Position numbers and translations under genes: made by a program
The notes under the pieces: generated by a model
What the model saw: the letters and a program-made list of their open reading frames with translations, nothing else
Told to the model about the DNA's origin: nothing
The model's database searches: none
Part shown: positions 39,658-49,539 of the stretch, piece by piece
How the letters are laid out: each line of letters begins with the position of its first letter
Position numbering within the stretch: position 1 is the first letter of the stretch
Assembly: GCA_965248925.1 (NCBI GenBank)
Contig: CBDFLE010000006.1
Location: 4,128,001-4,192,000, forward strand
Reading direction: 5' to 3'
Source: Candidatus Multivoradales bacterium
GTDB lineage: Bacteria > Acidobacteriota > Thermoanaerobaculia > Multivoradales > J023
DNA length: 64,000 nt

Positions 39658-40599
39658 ATGGGGTGGCAAGTCGTGGTGTTGGCGGGGGTAGCGGTGTTTT
39701 CGCCCCCGGCGGGGTCGGCAGAGGATATTCAAGCTCTGGCGCCCGCGATCGACGTCACCAGGATCGGCGGGGCGATGCTGGCTACCCTGCTGGCGGTGTG
39801 GTGGGTGGACCGGCGAATAGCGAGCGGGCGCTTCTTTCCTCCTGGTTTCCACCAGCCGTGGCGGCGGCTGGCAGCGGCGGCGGCCCTCTTCGTGGTTTTT
39901 CTAGTGGGCATTTTTGCTCCGGCGGCGATGTTGGGGCTGGATCTCGGTCTCGATCTGGAAGCACTGCAGGAGCTGAGCAGCTGGGATCTATTCGCCATGG
40001 CCAGACTGCTGACTCTGGCACTGGGGGCTTGGTATTTGCTCGGCTACGTCGGCGTCGGAGTGCGCGGCGCGGCCTGGGGGTGGTTGGGGCAATTCGGCCT
40101 GCGCGCCCGGCGGCCGCAGAGCGAGCTGGTGGTGGGGGTGGTGGCTGGGCTGGGAGCGTGGGCGGCGGCACTGGCCGCCGCGCTCTTGCTGGCCGCCGTG
40201 GTCGGGATCTTTGCCGGCGAGGACTTTCTTCAGGCCCGCGAGTCGCCCGAGGAGATCGTCTGGATGGCGGGGCTGCCGGTGGTGATGCGGATCCTGCTGT
40301 CCCTGTCTGCCGGAATCTTCGAGGAGATCTTCTTTCGTGGCTTCTTGCAGCCGCGTGTTGGCGTTGGGTTGTCCGCCGCCTTTTTCGCCGCCGCTCACCT
40401 GGGCTATGGCGAGCCGATGATGCTCGCTGGGATCATCGTGTTGTCGTTGATTTACGCTGCTTTGGCGCGTTGGCGCGGCAACATCTTGGCGGCGATCACC
40501 GCCCACGTCCTCTTTGATCTAGTGCAGCTCTTGGTGGTGATCCCCGCGGCTCTGGCTGGTCTGGAAGCCAGCGGCGCGGCGGTAGCCGTCTTGCCCTAG
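39658..40599 (+). CDS. CPBP (CAAX/Abi) intramembrane glutamic endopeptidase
   Basis: EEIFFRGFLQ, FAAAH, AHVLFD; multiple TM helices. Confidence 0.88.
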   Translation: MGWQVVVLAGVAVFSPPAGSAEDIQALAPAIDVTRIGGAMLATLLAVWWVDRRIASGRFFPPGFHQPWRRLAAAAALFVVFLVGIFAPAAMLGLDLGLDLEALQELSSWDLFAMARLLTLALGAWYLLGYVGVGVRGAAWGWLGQFGLRARRPQSELVVGVVAGLGAWAAALAAALLLAAVVGIFAGEDFLQARESPEEIVWMAGLPVVMRILLSLSAGIFEEIFFRGFLQPRVGVGLSAAFFAAAHLGYGEPMMLAGIIVLSLIYAALARWRGNILAAITAHVLFDLVQLLVVIPAALAGLEASGAAVAVLP

Positions 40600-40630
40600 G
40601 ACCGTCCACCGATCTGCTACACTGCGTCCG

Positions 40631-41062
40631 ATGCCTCCCGAGAAGCCACAGGTTCGCATCACTATCGATAGTCGATTCGAGCACATCGACCTGATTCAGG
40701 TCGTGTTAGACGATGCCATGGACCGCCTGGGACTCGACGAGGACGCTCGCCATTGGGTGGGGATCGCGGTTCGCGAGGCAGTGGCCAACGCTATCAAGCA
40801 CGGCAATCGGCAAGACCCCGACAAGGAGGTTGATGTTGAGCTGGCGCTGGTCGGCGAGCAGGTCGTGATCCGCATCGAGGATCGCGGCGAAGGGTTCGAT
40901 CCGGAGTTGGTGGACAATCCTGTGGCGCCGGAGAATCTGCTCAAATCCAGTGGCCGAGGCATCTTCTACATGAAGAATTTCATGGATGAGATCGAGTACA
41001 GCTTTCGGCCGGGCGGCGGCACGGTGGTTACCTTGCGCAAATGTCTGGTCCGGCCGGAATGA
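40631..41062 (+). CDS. RsbW-like anti-sigma factor / Ser kinase (HATPase_c_2)
   Basis: EAVANAIKHGN, DRGEGFD, SGRGIFYMKNFMD. Confidence 0.9.
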   Translation: MPPEKPQVRITIDSRFEHIDLIQVVLDDAMDRLGLDEDARHWVGIAVREAVANAIKHGNRQDPDKEVDVELALVGEQVVIRIEDRGEGFDPELVDNPVAPENLLKSSGRGIFYMKNFMDEIEYSFRPGGGTVVTLRKCLVRPE

Positions 41063-41138
41063 GAATGTCCATTGCAGCGGCAACTAAAGCAGCGCGGCGA
41101 TAACCAAGCAGCGGCGGAGATGGAAAGGAGCTGATCGG

Positions 41139-41474
41139 ATGAAGATTTCAGTGAGTCAGAAAGAAGGTGTCACGGTGCTGGCGCCGAAAGGCAAGATCAC
41201 CATTGGCGTCGGCGACGTGGCCCTGCGCGAAGCGGTGTGCCAAGCCCTGGAAGCGGGGGCGCAGAAGATCTTGTTCGACCTCGCCGGAGTTACGACCATG
41301 GACTCCTCGGGCATTGGCGAGTTGGTCAGCGCCTACACCACGGTGACCAACCGAGAGGGCCAGCTCAAATTGGCCAGCTTGCCGAAGAAGGTCACCGACA
41401 TTCTGCAGGTCACCCAGCTGATCACCGTATTCGAGGTCTTCGACACGGTCGATGAAGCGGTCGCGGCGTTCTAG
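41139..41474 (+). CDS. STAS-domain anti-sigma factor antagonist
   Basis: DLAGVTTMDSSGIGELV. Confidence 0.92.
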   Translation: MKISVSQKEGVTVLAPKGKITIGVGDVALREAVCQALEAGAQKILFDLAGVTTMDSSGIGELVSAYTTVTNREGQLKLASLPKKVTDILQVTQLITVFEVFDTVDEAVAAF

Positions 41475-41492
41475 ACGTCGAGGGGCTGAGAC

Positions 41493-41608
41493 CGAGGGGT
41501 TAGAACCCCTCGCTAGTACATGACGTCCCTGTGGGACGGGGAATTGGCGGCCTTCGTCCGCCCCGCTGGGGCGGACGTTGTACAATAGCGAGGGATTTTA
41601 ATCCCTCG
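41493..41608. repeat. Inverted pair of REP-like double-hairpin elements
   Basis: CGAGGGGTTAGAACCCCTCG-CTAG..CGTCCCTGTGGGACG and the inverted CGTCCGCCCCGCTGGGGCGGACG..TAGCGAGGGATTTTAATCCCTCG; related to 59334-59471. Confidence 0.7.
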
Positions 41609-41627
41609 TCTCTTCGCGCCCGTTCTC

Positions 41628-42572
41628 ATGCCCAGGCTGCTGGCCATGTCCACCGATTCCGCTGAGCACCACCCAGTCCCACAACCCAAGCTGCGTTTAT
41701 CACCGCGGTTGATCGAACTTGCTGGCCAAGTGGAGCGCCGCCTGCCGCAGTTGATCCCTCCCGCCGACCATCGGCCCGAGGCTGTGCACGGGGCGATGAG
41801 CTACGCTCTGACCGGCCGCGGCAAGCGGCTGCGACCGGTGCTCACCCTGGTGGTGGCCGAGATCTTTGGCCGACCGAGCCCGGTGATTCTCGATCTGGCC
41901 TGCACCATCGAGATGATTCATGCCTGCTCATTGGTGCTCGACGACCTGCCGATGATGGACGACGCCGAGCTGCGTCGTGGTCGGCCCAGCACCCATCTGG
42001 TGTATGGCCAAGACATCGCCACCTTGGCGGCCTTTGCTTTGCTCAATCGGGTGTTCGAGGTGGTCGCCGAAGGTAGCCATCGGCTGCGGATGAAACGCTA
42101 CGCGCCGGAGGATTTGATTCACCTGCTGACCGACGCCATTGGCAGCCGCGGTCTGATCGGCGGTCAAGCCCTCGATCTGGAGCGCCGCCTGGATCTCGAC
42201 CTCGAGCGGCTGGAGTACATCCACTCGCACAAGACCGGCGCGCTGTTTACCGCCGCCGCTGAGTTGGGGGCGATGGCTGCCGACGCCCGGCGGCGCGAGC
42301 TGGCGGCGGTCACTCGCTATGCCAAGAACCTGGGCCTCTCGTTCCAGATCACCGACGATCTGCTAGACGTCACCGCGAGCAGTAGCGAAACCGGTAAGGA
42401 CAGCAATCAGGATCGAGACAAGATGACCTTCGTCAAGCTGCTCGGCACCGCTGGCGCCAGCGCCTTGGCTAGCGAGTTGATCGATTTCGCGATCGACTCC
42501 TTGGCGCCTCTCGGTCGCCGCGCCGACCCGCTGCGCGAACTCGCCGAGGCGGTAGGCGGACGGAGCGTCTAG
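41628..42572 (+). CDS. ispA: Polyprenyl (FPP/GGPP) synthetase
   Basis: GKRLRP, DDLPMMDDAELRRGRP, HKTGALF, FQITDDLLD. Confidence 0.85.
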   Translation: MPRLLAMSTDSAEHHPVPQPKLRLSPRLIELAGQVERRLPQLIPPADHRPEAVHGAMSYALTGRGKRLRPVLTLVVAEIFGRPSPVILDLACTIEMIHACSLVLDDLPMMDDAELRRGRPSTHLVYGQDIATLAAFALLNRVFEVVAEGSHRLRMKRYAPEDLIHLLTDAIGSRGLIGGQALDLERRLDLDLERLEYIHSHKTGALFTAAAELGAMAADARRRELAAVTRYAKNLGLSFQITDDLLDVTASSSETGKDSNQDRDKMTFVKLLGTAGASALASELIDFAIDSLAPLGRRADPLRELAEAVGGRSV

Positions 42573-44407
42573 TGGGCTCGCAGGACAATCTCGACCAGGT
42601 GCGCTTGGAGCTGCGGCGGATGGGCTACCTCGACCACAGTGTCGAGCGCCTGCTCTTGCAAGATGCCCTCAAGCCGGCCGGCTCGGTGCGTACCTGGCTG
42701 GCCCTGGCGGGTCGTGTGGGTCTGATCGGCGGTGGCTTGGCGGCGTTGTTTTCTACCTTGGTGCTGGCGGCTTGGAATGGTCATCTATCGAGCAGCCCTT
42801 TCGATCTGCTGCCGCTCTTTCTGCATCTGGCACCGCCGATGGTGCTGGGGCTGGCCTTGGTTTTCTTGGGCTTGGCGGCGCTGCTGATCGTTGTGTTGCG
42901 GCTGTCGCATTGGCGCCGGATCGGTACCTTGAGCACGACGGTGGCGGCGCTGGCGGTGGCCACGCTCTCTGCCGCCGGCTTGTGGCAAGGGCAAGATTTG
43001 TGGGGCTCGGCGGCGGCCTGGCAGCTGGGATTGCTGGTGCTGGCGTTGCCAATGGTGGCTTATGGACTGTTTCAAGTCATCCATGGTGGCCTGCTAGCGT
43101 TGTCGGTGCGGATGACCGAGCGGGCTCCGAGCCGGCCCAGTTCGCCCCATGGGTGGATCGCCCTGGTGCTCTTGTTGCTCACTCTGCTGACCCTGCTTCC
43201 GGCGATTTTGGATCTTGGAACAGGCCTGGATCCGCTCCCTTCGAGTTTGCCGATGCTGCCCCTCGAACGAGTCTTGCTGATCGGGGTGGATGGTGTCTTG
43301 CCGGGTGAACTCGACTACCTGTTGGCCAGTGGCGAGCTGCCGGAGATTGAGCGACGGCTGGATCACGGCGGGGTGCTGTTGTCCTATCCCCGGCCCGAGG
43401 GGCCGCCGGCCGCCTTCTGGACCACCGTCGGCACCGGTTTACCGGCAGCCGGGCATGGTTTGGTGTCCTTGGATAGCTTCCGTCCGGCCGGTCTCAGCCG
43501 GCCTCTGTATCGCAGCGGTTGGCTGCGGCCCTGGTGGGCCCTGGTGGCCGAGCCGCTGGGGTTGGCGGAGTATCGCGCGGTGCTGTCGCAGAGCCGTCGT
43601 GGCTGGGCCTTTTGGGAGTTGGCGGCGAGTGGCGAAGCGCCGGCCGTCGTGGTCAATTGGTGGGGGACCTTTCCGGCTGAGCCACTCGCTGGCTTAGTGG
43701 TGGCTCATGGTGCTTATCAGATGCTCGGCGATGCTACCGCTGGCGCGGTCGAGCCGGCAATGGCAGAGGCCGGCCTACGCCAGTTGCGCGACGACCTCGA
43801 GTTGGAGGCTTCCGCGCCACGTCTCGCCGCCGCCCTGCCAGGGCTGCGAGCAGCGTTGCCTAAGTCGTCCTACGCTGAGCTGGTCGCAGCGGCGCTAAAG
43901 CCCGACGAGTTCTATCGCCGGGTCTTCGCCCGGGCTTTGTCTGCGGATCGGCCGCGGGCGGCTGCGCTTTACCTGCCGGCTCTCGACATTGCCGCCACCT
44001 TGACTGGAGCAGATGGGGTCGCACAGGCTGACCTGCTGCGTTGGCAGCTCGAAGCTGTGGATCGCCTGGTCGCCGAGGCTGGCGACATCGGGACGGTGGT
44101 CCTGGTTTTCGATCCTGGTCGCCGCGGTGTCGGTCGCGGTGGTGTCGATCAAGGCCGAGTGCTGCTGTGGCGGCGGGATGGCTGTGCCGCCGAGAATTTG
44201 CCGAGCATCGAACCAGAGGTGATCGCCGCCAGTCTGCTGCGTGCCCTGGGGCTGCCGCAGAGCCGCGAGCTGCCCGAGCCGCCAGCGCTATGCAACTGGC
44301 CCGCCGCCAGCCTGACCCTCGACACCTTCGGTCACCGTCGGGCTACGGATGCGGTGGAGCGGAGCGAGGAGTACCTCGAGAACCTGCGTTCGTTGGGTTA
44401 TTTGTAG
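42572..44407 (+). CDS. Membrane protein with alkaline-phosphatase-superfamily domain
   Basis: N-terminal TM helices; VLLIGVDG, WTTVGTG...HG, VVNWWGTFPAEP, C-terminal LRSLGYL. Confidence 0.75.
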   Translation: MGSQDNLDQVRLELRRMGYLDHSVERLLLQDALKPAGSVRTWLALAGRVGLIGGGLAALFSTLVLAAWNGHLSSSPFDLLPLFLHLAPPMVLGLALVFLGLAALLIVVLRLSHWRRIGTLSTTVAALAVATLSAAGLWQGQDLWGSAAAWQLGLLVLALPMVAYGLFQVIHGGLLALSVRMTERAPSRPSSPHGWIALVLLLLTLLTLLPAILDLGTGLDPLPSSLPMLPLERVLLIGVDGVLPGELDYLLASGELPEIERRLDHGGVLLSYPRPEGPPAAFWTTVGTGLPAAGHGLVSLDSFRPAGLSRPLYRSGWLRPWWALVAEPLGLAEYRAVLSQSRRGWAFWELAASGEAPAVVVNWWGTFPAEPLAGLVVAHGAYQMLGDATAGAVEPAMAEAGLRQLRDDLELEASAPRLAAALPGLRAALPKSSYAELVAAALKPDEFYRRVFARALSADRPRAAALYLPALDIAATLTGADGVAQADLLRWQLEAVDRLVAEAGDIGTVVLVFDPGRRGVGRGGVDQGRVLLWRRDGCAAENLPSIEPEVIAASLLRALGLPQSRELPEPPALCNWPAASLTLDTFGHRRATDAVERSEEYLENLRSLGYL

Positions 44408-44437
44408 AAGCTCCATGGCATGGCCATCGGGGGGTGG

Positions 44438-44860
44438 TTAGACGGTGAGGGGGTTGATGACCTCGACCGGTCCATATTTCTGGCTGCTCGACAAGTCCTC
44501 GGAATAGAGGACTTTGGCTCCGCATTGCTGTGCAGCTTGGACGATGAGCGCATCCCAAAAGGAAATGGCGTAGCGAGCCTCGACGTCGAGCGCTCGGAGT
44601 ATTGAACTTCCATCGTTCACCACCACCTGCCAGGTCAGGTAGTCTCCGATCACTTCTCGTGACTCTGTCAGGGAGATCGGATTTGCTGCTTTACGCCGAA
44701 TATTGACGTAGAGTTCTTGCAACACCTGGGTGCTGATTGCCCCTGTGCGGTCGAGCCAGAGGCGGCCGACGAGCGCGCTGGCCCGGTCGTGTTTCTCCCC
44801 GGAGCCACGATCGTGGGCGTAAACCAGAATGTTGGTGTCGACGAAGAGCTTATCGCTCAT
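44438..44860 (-). CDS. vapC: PIN-domain toxin (VapC)
   Basis: FVDTNILVYA, STQVLQE, SFWDALI, LYSEDL. Confidence 0.9.
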   Translation of the reverse strand: MSDKLFVDTNILVYAHDRGSGEKHDRASALVGRLWLDRTGAISTQVLQELYVNIRRKAANPISLTESREVIGDYLTWQVVVNDGSSILRALDVEARYAISFWDALIVQAAQQCGAKVLYSEDLSSSQKYGPVEVINPLTV

Positions 44861-45086
44861 GAAGTTCGGCGCGTGAGGAAGGACGGGTCCAGTGGAGATC
44901 GAAACCGCGCTCCAGGCGCTGGATCGAGCGTGCCTGTGCCGATTCGTACTGCCAGTCGGCGTGAATCAGCGCCTCGAGGTTCTTGCTCATCATTCGGCTG
45001 ACCGAGGTGCCTCGCCGAGCAGCCAGGATCTTCGCCTCGCGGACGAGATTGGAATCCAGGCTCAGTGTGATGTTGGTCGTTCTCAT
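44850..45086 (-). CDS. RHH/CopG-like antitoxin
   Basis: TNITLSLDSNLVREAKILAARRGTSVSRM; overlaps the PIN gene. Confidence 0.85.
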   Translation of the reverse strand: MRTTNITLSLDSNLVREAKILAARRGTSVSRMMSKNLEALIHADWQYESAQARSIQRLERGFDLHWTRPSSRAELHER

Positions 45087-45236
45087 CTGATGCCTCCACG
45101 CAAAGAGTGTAGCACGGTTTTCGTGGATAGGTTGCTGGCGTCAGGAAGTGGGCTAGCTGGATGATCGAGAGGGATCTCCAGCTCCGTTTGCATGACTTGG
45201 CGACCTGCCGGCGGTGCAAATGGGGCTGAGAGAAGC

Positions 45237-45265
45237 TTGACATGTGAACCACATACAACTAGCGT
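45237..45265 (+). promoter_or_regulatory. Sigma-70 promoter with palindromic operator; probably leaderless
   Basis: TTGACA-N17-TAGCGT; ATGTG-aac-CACAT at 45242-45254; ATG 6 nt after the -10. Confidence 0.65.
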
Positions 45266-45271
45266 TTAGGC

Positions 45272-45502
45272 ATGTCGGTGATGATCCAAATCCGCAATGT
45301 TCCAGACCCACTGCACCGCATTCTCAAAGCTCGTGCCGCCCTCGAAGGCAGGTCGCTCTCTTCCTATTTGCTGGCCGAGATCGAGCGCAGCGCCGAGCGC
45401 CCGACGACGCGCGAGCTGCGCCAGCGCCTACACCAGCGCCAACCGGTGCGTCCTAGCATCCCTCCGGCCAGTATGGTGCGTGCCGAGCGCCAATCGCGAT
45501 GA
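45272..45502 (+). CDS. FitA-like ribbon-helix-helix antitoxin
   Basis: IQIRNVPDPLHRILKARAALEGRSLSSYL; ATGA overlap with the toxin gene. Confidence 0.88.
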   Translation: MSVMIQIRNVPDPLHRILKARAALEGRSLSSYLLAEIERSAERPTTRELRQRLHQRQPVRPSIPPASMVRAERQSR

Positions 45503-45897
45503 TCGTCGTCGACGCTTCGGCCATGCTGGAGGTGCTCCTACTCACTCCAGCCGCCAGCGAGATCGAAGATCGCTGCTTCGCCCCTGGCGAGACTCTTCAC
45601 GCCCCGCATCTCATCGATCTTGAGATCACTCAGGTACTTCGGCGCTACTGCGCCATCGGCGACTTGGCTCCGCTGCGCGCTCAGGAGGCGATGGACGATT
45701 TGGCCTTCTTCGGTCTCAGCCGTTACCCGCACGATGTCTTCTTGCCGCGAATCTGGCAGCTACGACACAATGTAACCGCCTATGACGCGGCTTACCTCGC
45801 CCTCGCCGAAGAGCTAGCCGCACCATTGCTGACTTGCGACCAGCGACTGGCCGCGGCTCCTGGGCACCACGCTGTGGTCGAGGTCTGTGGCAGCTGA
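45499..45897 (+). CDS. vapC: PIN-domain toxin (VapC)
   Basis: MIVVDASA, APHLIDLE, NVTAYDAAYLALAE, LLTCDQRL. Confidence 0.92.
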   Translation: MIVVDASAMLEVLLLTPAASEIEDRCFAPGETLHAPHLIDLEITQVLRRYCAIGDLAPLRAQEAMDDLAFFGLSRYPHDVFLPRIWQLRHNVTAYDAAYLALAEELAAPLLTCDQRLAAAPGHHAVVEVCGS

Positions 45898-46095
45898 GGG
45901 CCGTCTGCCACGAGCGACGGTGCGACTGCCCGAAGGTCGAGGGCTTGTCGTCTGAGGCAAGGCGCTGTTTGCTATGATGCGCCGCGGCGGCGCGATTTGG
46001 ACCCGAGAGTCGCGTTGATCGTCCCTCTGGCTGAATCAACCCCGGACTGTGGGGCGTGCGGTTGGCAGATATTCTCGACGGAGATCCCCCTGATC

Positions 46096-48261
46096 ATGGA
46101 TAGTTCACAGATTCGTACTCGCAACTGGCTCGTCCTGTGTTTTCTGGTCGCCGGGGCGTGGGCCCTGCCGCTGTTGGCGGCGGAGCCGGCACCGGTGGTC
46201 ATCCTGGGCTTTGATGGAGTCGACGCCAAGCTCACCGAGCGGTGGATGGACGAAGGCCAGCTGCCCAACCTGGCCAAATTACGCGACCAAGGCACTTTCA
46301 GCCCGCTGCGCTCGACGGTGCCGTCGCAGACGCCGGTGTCGTGGTCGACTTTCTCGACTGGACTCGATCCGGGCCGGCATTCGATTTTCGATTTCCTCAA
46401 GCGCGATCCCGAGACTTATGTGCCGGGTTTCGCCGCCTTCGATCAGGGTAAGGAGCCGTTCTTGTGGGGCGAGCGCACGCCGCTGATCCTCGGCTTGGGT
46501 TGCGCCGTGGTCTTGTTGCTGCTGGTTTTCGCGCTGCTCAAGCTTTTGCGCCGTTCGACCCGGCTGGCGCTGGCCGCCGCCTTGGTGTTGGCGATCACCG
46601 GGGGGGTGGTTTCTAACGTCGCCGCGGCGCGCTATCTGCCCAAGGAGCAGCCGATCGCGATCAATCGTCAGCAGGGCGACACCTTCTGGGAGGTACTCGG
46701 TGCCGCTGGCAAAAAGGTCAAAGTGGTGCGGGTGCCGGTGACCTTCCCGCCGACTCCCTTTGAGCATGGCGAGCTGCTCACCGGTCTCGGCACCCCGGAT
46801 ATGTCGCTGCGTATTGGCAAGCCGTTCTACTTCACCTCGGAGCTGTTTTTTCAGCCCAAGGGGGGCGGTGATTTTTCGATCGAGGTGGTCGAGCTGATCG
46901 ACAACAGGGGGGAAATACCCACCGAGATCAAGGGGCCGCCGAACGAACTTTTCCCCGACCTGGAACGCTACATCAAGATTCCGATGACTTTGACCGTCGC
47001 CGAGGACCGCTCCAAGTTGTCGATCGAGCTGCCGGACAGCTCCCTCGACCTGCGCCCCGGCGAGTGGAGCGATTGGCAGCACTTTACCTTCCCCTTCAAT
47101 CCACTGGTCAAGCTGTACGGCATTGGTCGTTTCCGTCTGCTGTCGATCGATCCAGAGGTACGGCTTTATCTGTCGCCGATCAACTTCGATCCCGAGAGGC
47201 TGCCGCCCAATCTGCAGATCACCACGCCGAAGAAATTTGTCGACCGGCTGACCTCGCGCTTTGGTCTGTTCAAGACCATGGGCTGGTCGGTCGATACCTG
47301 GTCGATGAACGAAGGCACTCTCGACGAGGCCGCATTCTTAGAAGATATCGACTTCACCGTCGACAAATACCAGGAGATCCTGAACGGCCACCTCGACGAT
47401 GCCGATTGGGACCTGATGGTGCACTACTTCGAGTTCCCCGACCGAGTGCAGCACATGATGTGGCGCTTCTTCGACGAGCAACATCCCCTTTACGACGCCG
47501 AGGAGGCCGCCAAATGGGGGGGGTCGATCCTGGAGTCGTATCAGCGGATGGATGAGATCGTCGGTGAGACCCTCAGCCGGATGCCCGAGAACGCCATGCT
47601 GATGGTGGTCTCGGACCACGGTTTTGCCTCCTTCCGCCGCGGTATGAACTACAACACCTGGCTGGCCAAGAATGGCTACATGACCCTGACTGGCGAGGAT
47701 GCGGACCGCAAGAACCTCGAGGACCTGTTCGACAAAGGCGATTTCTTTGTCAATGTCGACTGGTCCCAGACCCGCGCCTACGCCCTTGGCCTGGGGCAGA
47801 TCTACATCAATCTGAAGGGGCGCGAGGGCCAAGGTGTGGTCGAGCCCGGGGCCGAGTACGAGGCTTTGGTGGTGGAACTCAAGGCCGGGCTAGAAGCGTT
47901 TGTCGATGAGCAGACGGGCGAGCATCCGGTGGCCTATGTGTGGACTCGCGACGAGATCTACGGCCAGTACGATCCGCAGCTGATCCCTGATCTAATCCCC
48001 TCGAACGCGGCCGGCTACCGGGTCGGCTGGCAGGATGCCCTGGGTGGCATCGGCAAGGCGATTGTCGAGGAAAACGAGAGCATCTGGAGCGGCGACCACT
48101 GCTCGGTCTACCCACCGTTGGTCAACGGCATTTTATTCAGCAACTCGCCGTTGGTCGGCGAGGCACCCTACATGGCCGACATCATGCCGACCTTGCTGCA
48201 GCACTTTGGCGTGACCTCGGCGACCGAGTTCGACGGCAGCAGCCTCTTGCCGGGAAGCTAG
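46096..48261 (+). CDS. Type I phosphodiesterase/nucleotide pyrophosphatase (alkaline phosphatase family) protein
   Basis: Likely start ATG 46096 with signal peptide; ILGFDGVD, PSQTPVSWSTFSTG..PGRH, DRVQH, VSDHGF, SGDH. Confidence 0.88.
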   Translation: MDSSQIRTRNWLVLCFLVAGAWALPLLAAEPAPVVILGFDGVDAKLTERWMDEGQLPNLAKLRDQGTFSPLRSTVPSQTPVSWSTFSTGLDPGRHSIFDFLKRDPETYVPGFAAFDQGKEPFLWGERTPLILGLGCAVVLLLLVFALLKLLRRSTRLALAAALVLAITGGVVSNVAAARYLPKEQPIAINRQQGDTFWEVLGAAGKKVKVVRVPVTFPPTPFEHGELLTGLGTPDMSLRIGKPFYFTSELFFQPKGGGDFSIEVVELIDNRGEIPTEIKGPPNELFPDLERYIKIPMTLTVAEDRSKLSIELPDSSLDLRPGEWSDWQHFTFPFNPLVKLYGIGRFRLLSIDPEVRLYLSPINFDPERLPPNLQITTPKKFVDRLTSRFGLFKTMGWSVDTWSMNEGTLDEAAFLEDIDFTVDKYQEILNGHLDDADWDLMVHYFEFPDRVQHMMWRFFDEQHPLYDAEEAAKWGGSILESYQRMDEIVGETLSRMPENAMLMVVSDHGFASFRRGMNYNTWLAKNGYMTLTGEDADRKNLEDLFDKGDFFVNVDWSQTRAYALGLGQIYINLKGREGQGVVEPGAEYEALVVELKAGLEAFVDEQTGEHPVAYVWTRDEIYGQYDPQLIPDLIPSNAAGYRVGWQDALGGIGKAIVEENESIWSGDHCSVYPPLVNGILFSNSPLVGEAPYMADIMPTLLQHFGVTSATEFDGSSLLPGS

Positions 48262-48267
48262 GCCGGG

Positions 48268-49443
48268 TTGCGGCGCCGGGTTGGCAGCGGGTGGGTGGCC
48301 GCCAGCAGAGCGGTGGCGATGCTGCTGGCCCTTCTCTGGGTCACTCAACTGCTGCTCGCCCAGCCGGCTGGCACTGATCACCGCGGTGCTGAGGAAGACG
48401 CCAGTCGTGAGGTCGAACTGGCTCGCTTGCGCCAGGAAATTGCCCGCCTCGACATTCGAGTGCGGGCGATGCGGCAGCGGGAACAAGGTCTCGATTCCAC
48501 CGTCCGGCGGGTGGCCGCCGAACTCGAACTGCAACAACGACAGCTAGAAGAAGCTAGCGCCGCCTTGGCTTTGGTGGCTCAGCGCGCCGCCACCACCCAT
48601 CAGCGAGTGCAGTTGCTCGAGGGCGATGTGCTCTCTCTGCGGGACGATTTGCGCCGCCGTTTGGTGGGCCTCTACAAGCTTGGCCACCAGGGGTATTTGC
48701 GCCTCTTTTTGTCGGTCGGGCCGAGCGAGGATCTCTTGCCGGCGATTCGTCAGCTGCGCTTCATGGCCTTTCGTGATCGCCAAGTGCTCAGTCTTTACAG
48801 CGAGACCCGAGACCGTCTGGCCGCCGAGCGCGAGCGCTTGCGGGCCGAGGTGGCCGAAGCTGAGGGATGGCGGGATCAGGAGCAGCAACGCCGCGATCAG
48901 TTGGCCGATATGCGCCGCCAGCACCAGCGGCTGCTGCGCCGGGTGGAGCGCGAACGCCGACAGTTGGAAGCCGAAAGCAGTGAACTCAACGACCGAGCGC
49001 TGAAGTTAGCGAAGTTCATCGAGGTGCTGGTCAGCGGCAATGGTGCCGCCCTTGCCGGGGCGCCGATCGACGGCTATCGTGGGGTGCTCGACTGGCCGGT
49101 TCGCGGCCAGGTCACTGGCGAGTTCGGCCCGCGGCTCGACCCCCGCTACGGCACCGAAGTGCCGCACAATGGGGTCGAGATCAGTACCGGTTTGGGTTCG
49201 CGGGTGCGGGCGGTATTTCCCGGCCGGGTGGTCTTCGCCGACCGTTTCGAGGGTTATGGACCGATGGTGGTGCTGCACCATCCGGAGCGCGTCTTCACCC
49301 TTTACGCTGGATTGGGCCAAGTGCTGGTGACAAAGGGCGATGTGGTATCATTAGGAGGTATGTTGGGGACTGCCACGGACCGACTTTATTTCGAGATTCG
49401 CAACGAGCAGACCCCCGAGGACCCTCGCCGGTGGTTGCGCTGA
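48268..49443 (+). CDS. EnvC-like murein hydrolase activator (coiled coil + degenerate M23); start uncertain, possibly 48319
   Basis: Signal peptide, long coiled coil, WPVRG..FG..HNGVEI..LYFEIR. Confidence 0.85.
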   Translation: MRRRVGSGWVAASRAVAMLLALLWVTQLLLAQPAGTDHRGAEEDASREVELARLRQEIARLDIRVRAMRQREQGLDSTVRRVAAELELQQRQLEEASAALALVAQRAATTHQRVQLLEGDVLSLRDDLRRRLVGLYKLGHQGYLRLFLSVGPSEDLLPAIRQLRFMAFRDRQVLSLYSETRDRLAAERERLRAEVAEAEGWRDQEQQRRDQLADMRRQHQRLLRRVERERRQLEAESSELNDRALKLAKFIEVLVSGNGAALAGAPIDGYRGVLDWPVRGQVTGEFGPRLDPRYGTEVPHNGVEISTGLGSRVRAVFPGRVVFADRFEGYGPMVVLHHPERVFTLYAGLGQVLVTKGDVVSLGGMLGTATDRLYFEIRNEQTPEDPRRWLR

Positions 49444-49539
49444 CTCCCGCCTGACACCGTTCCTACCGCGAGATTTCTACCATGAGATTTCTGCTGTGAG
49501 GCATTCGTACCCACTCACCGTAAAGCAGGTGGATTGTTG

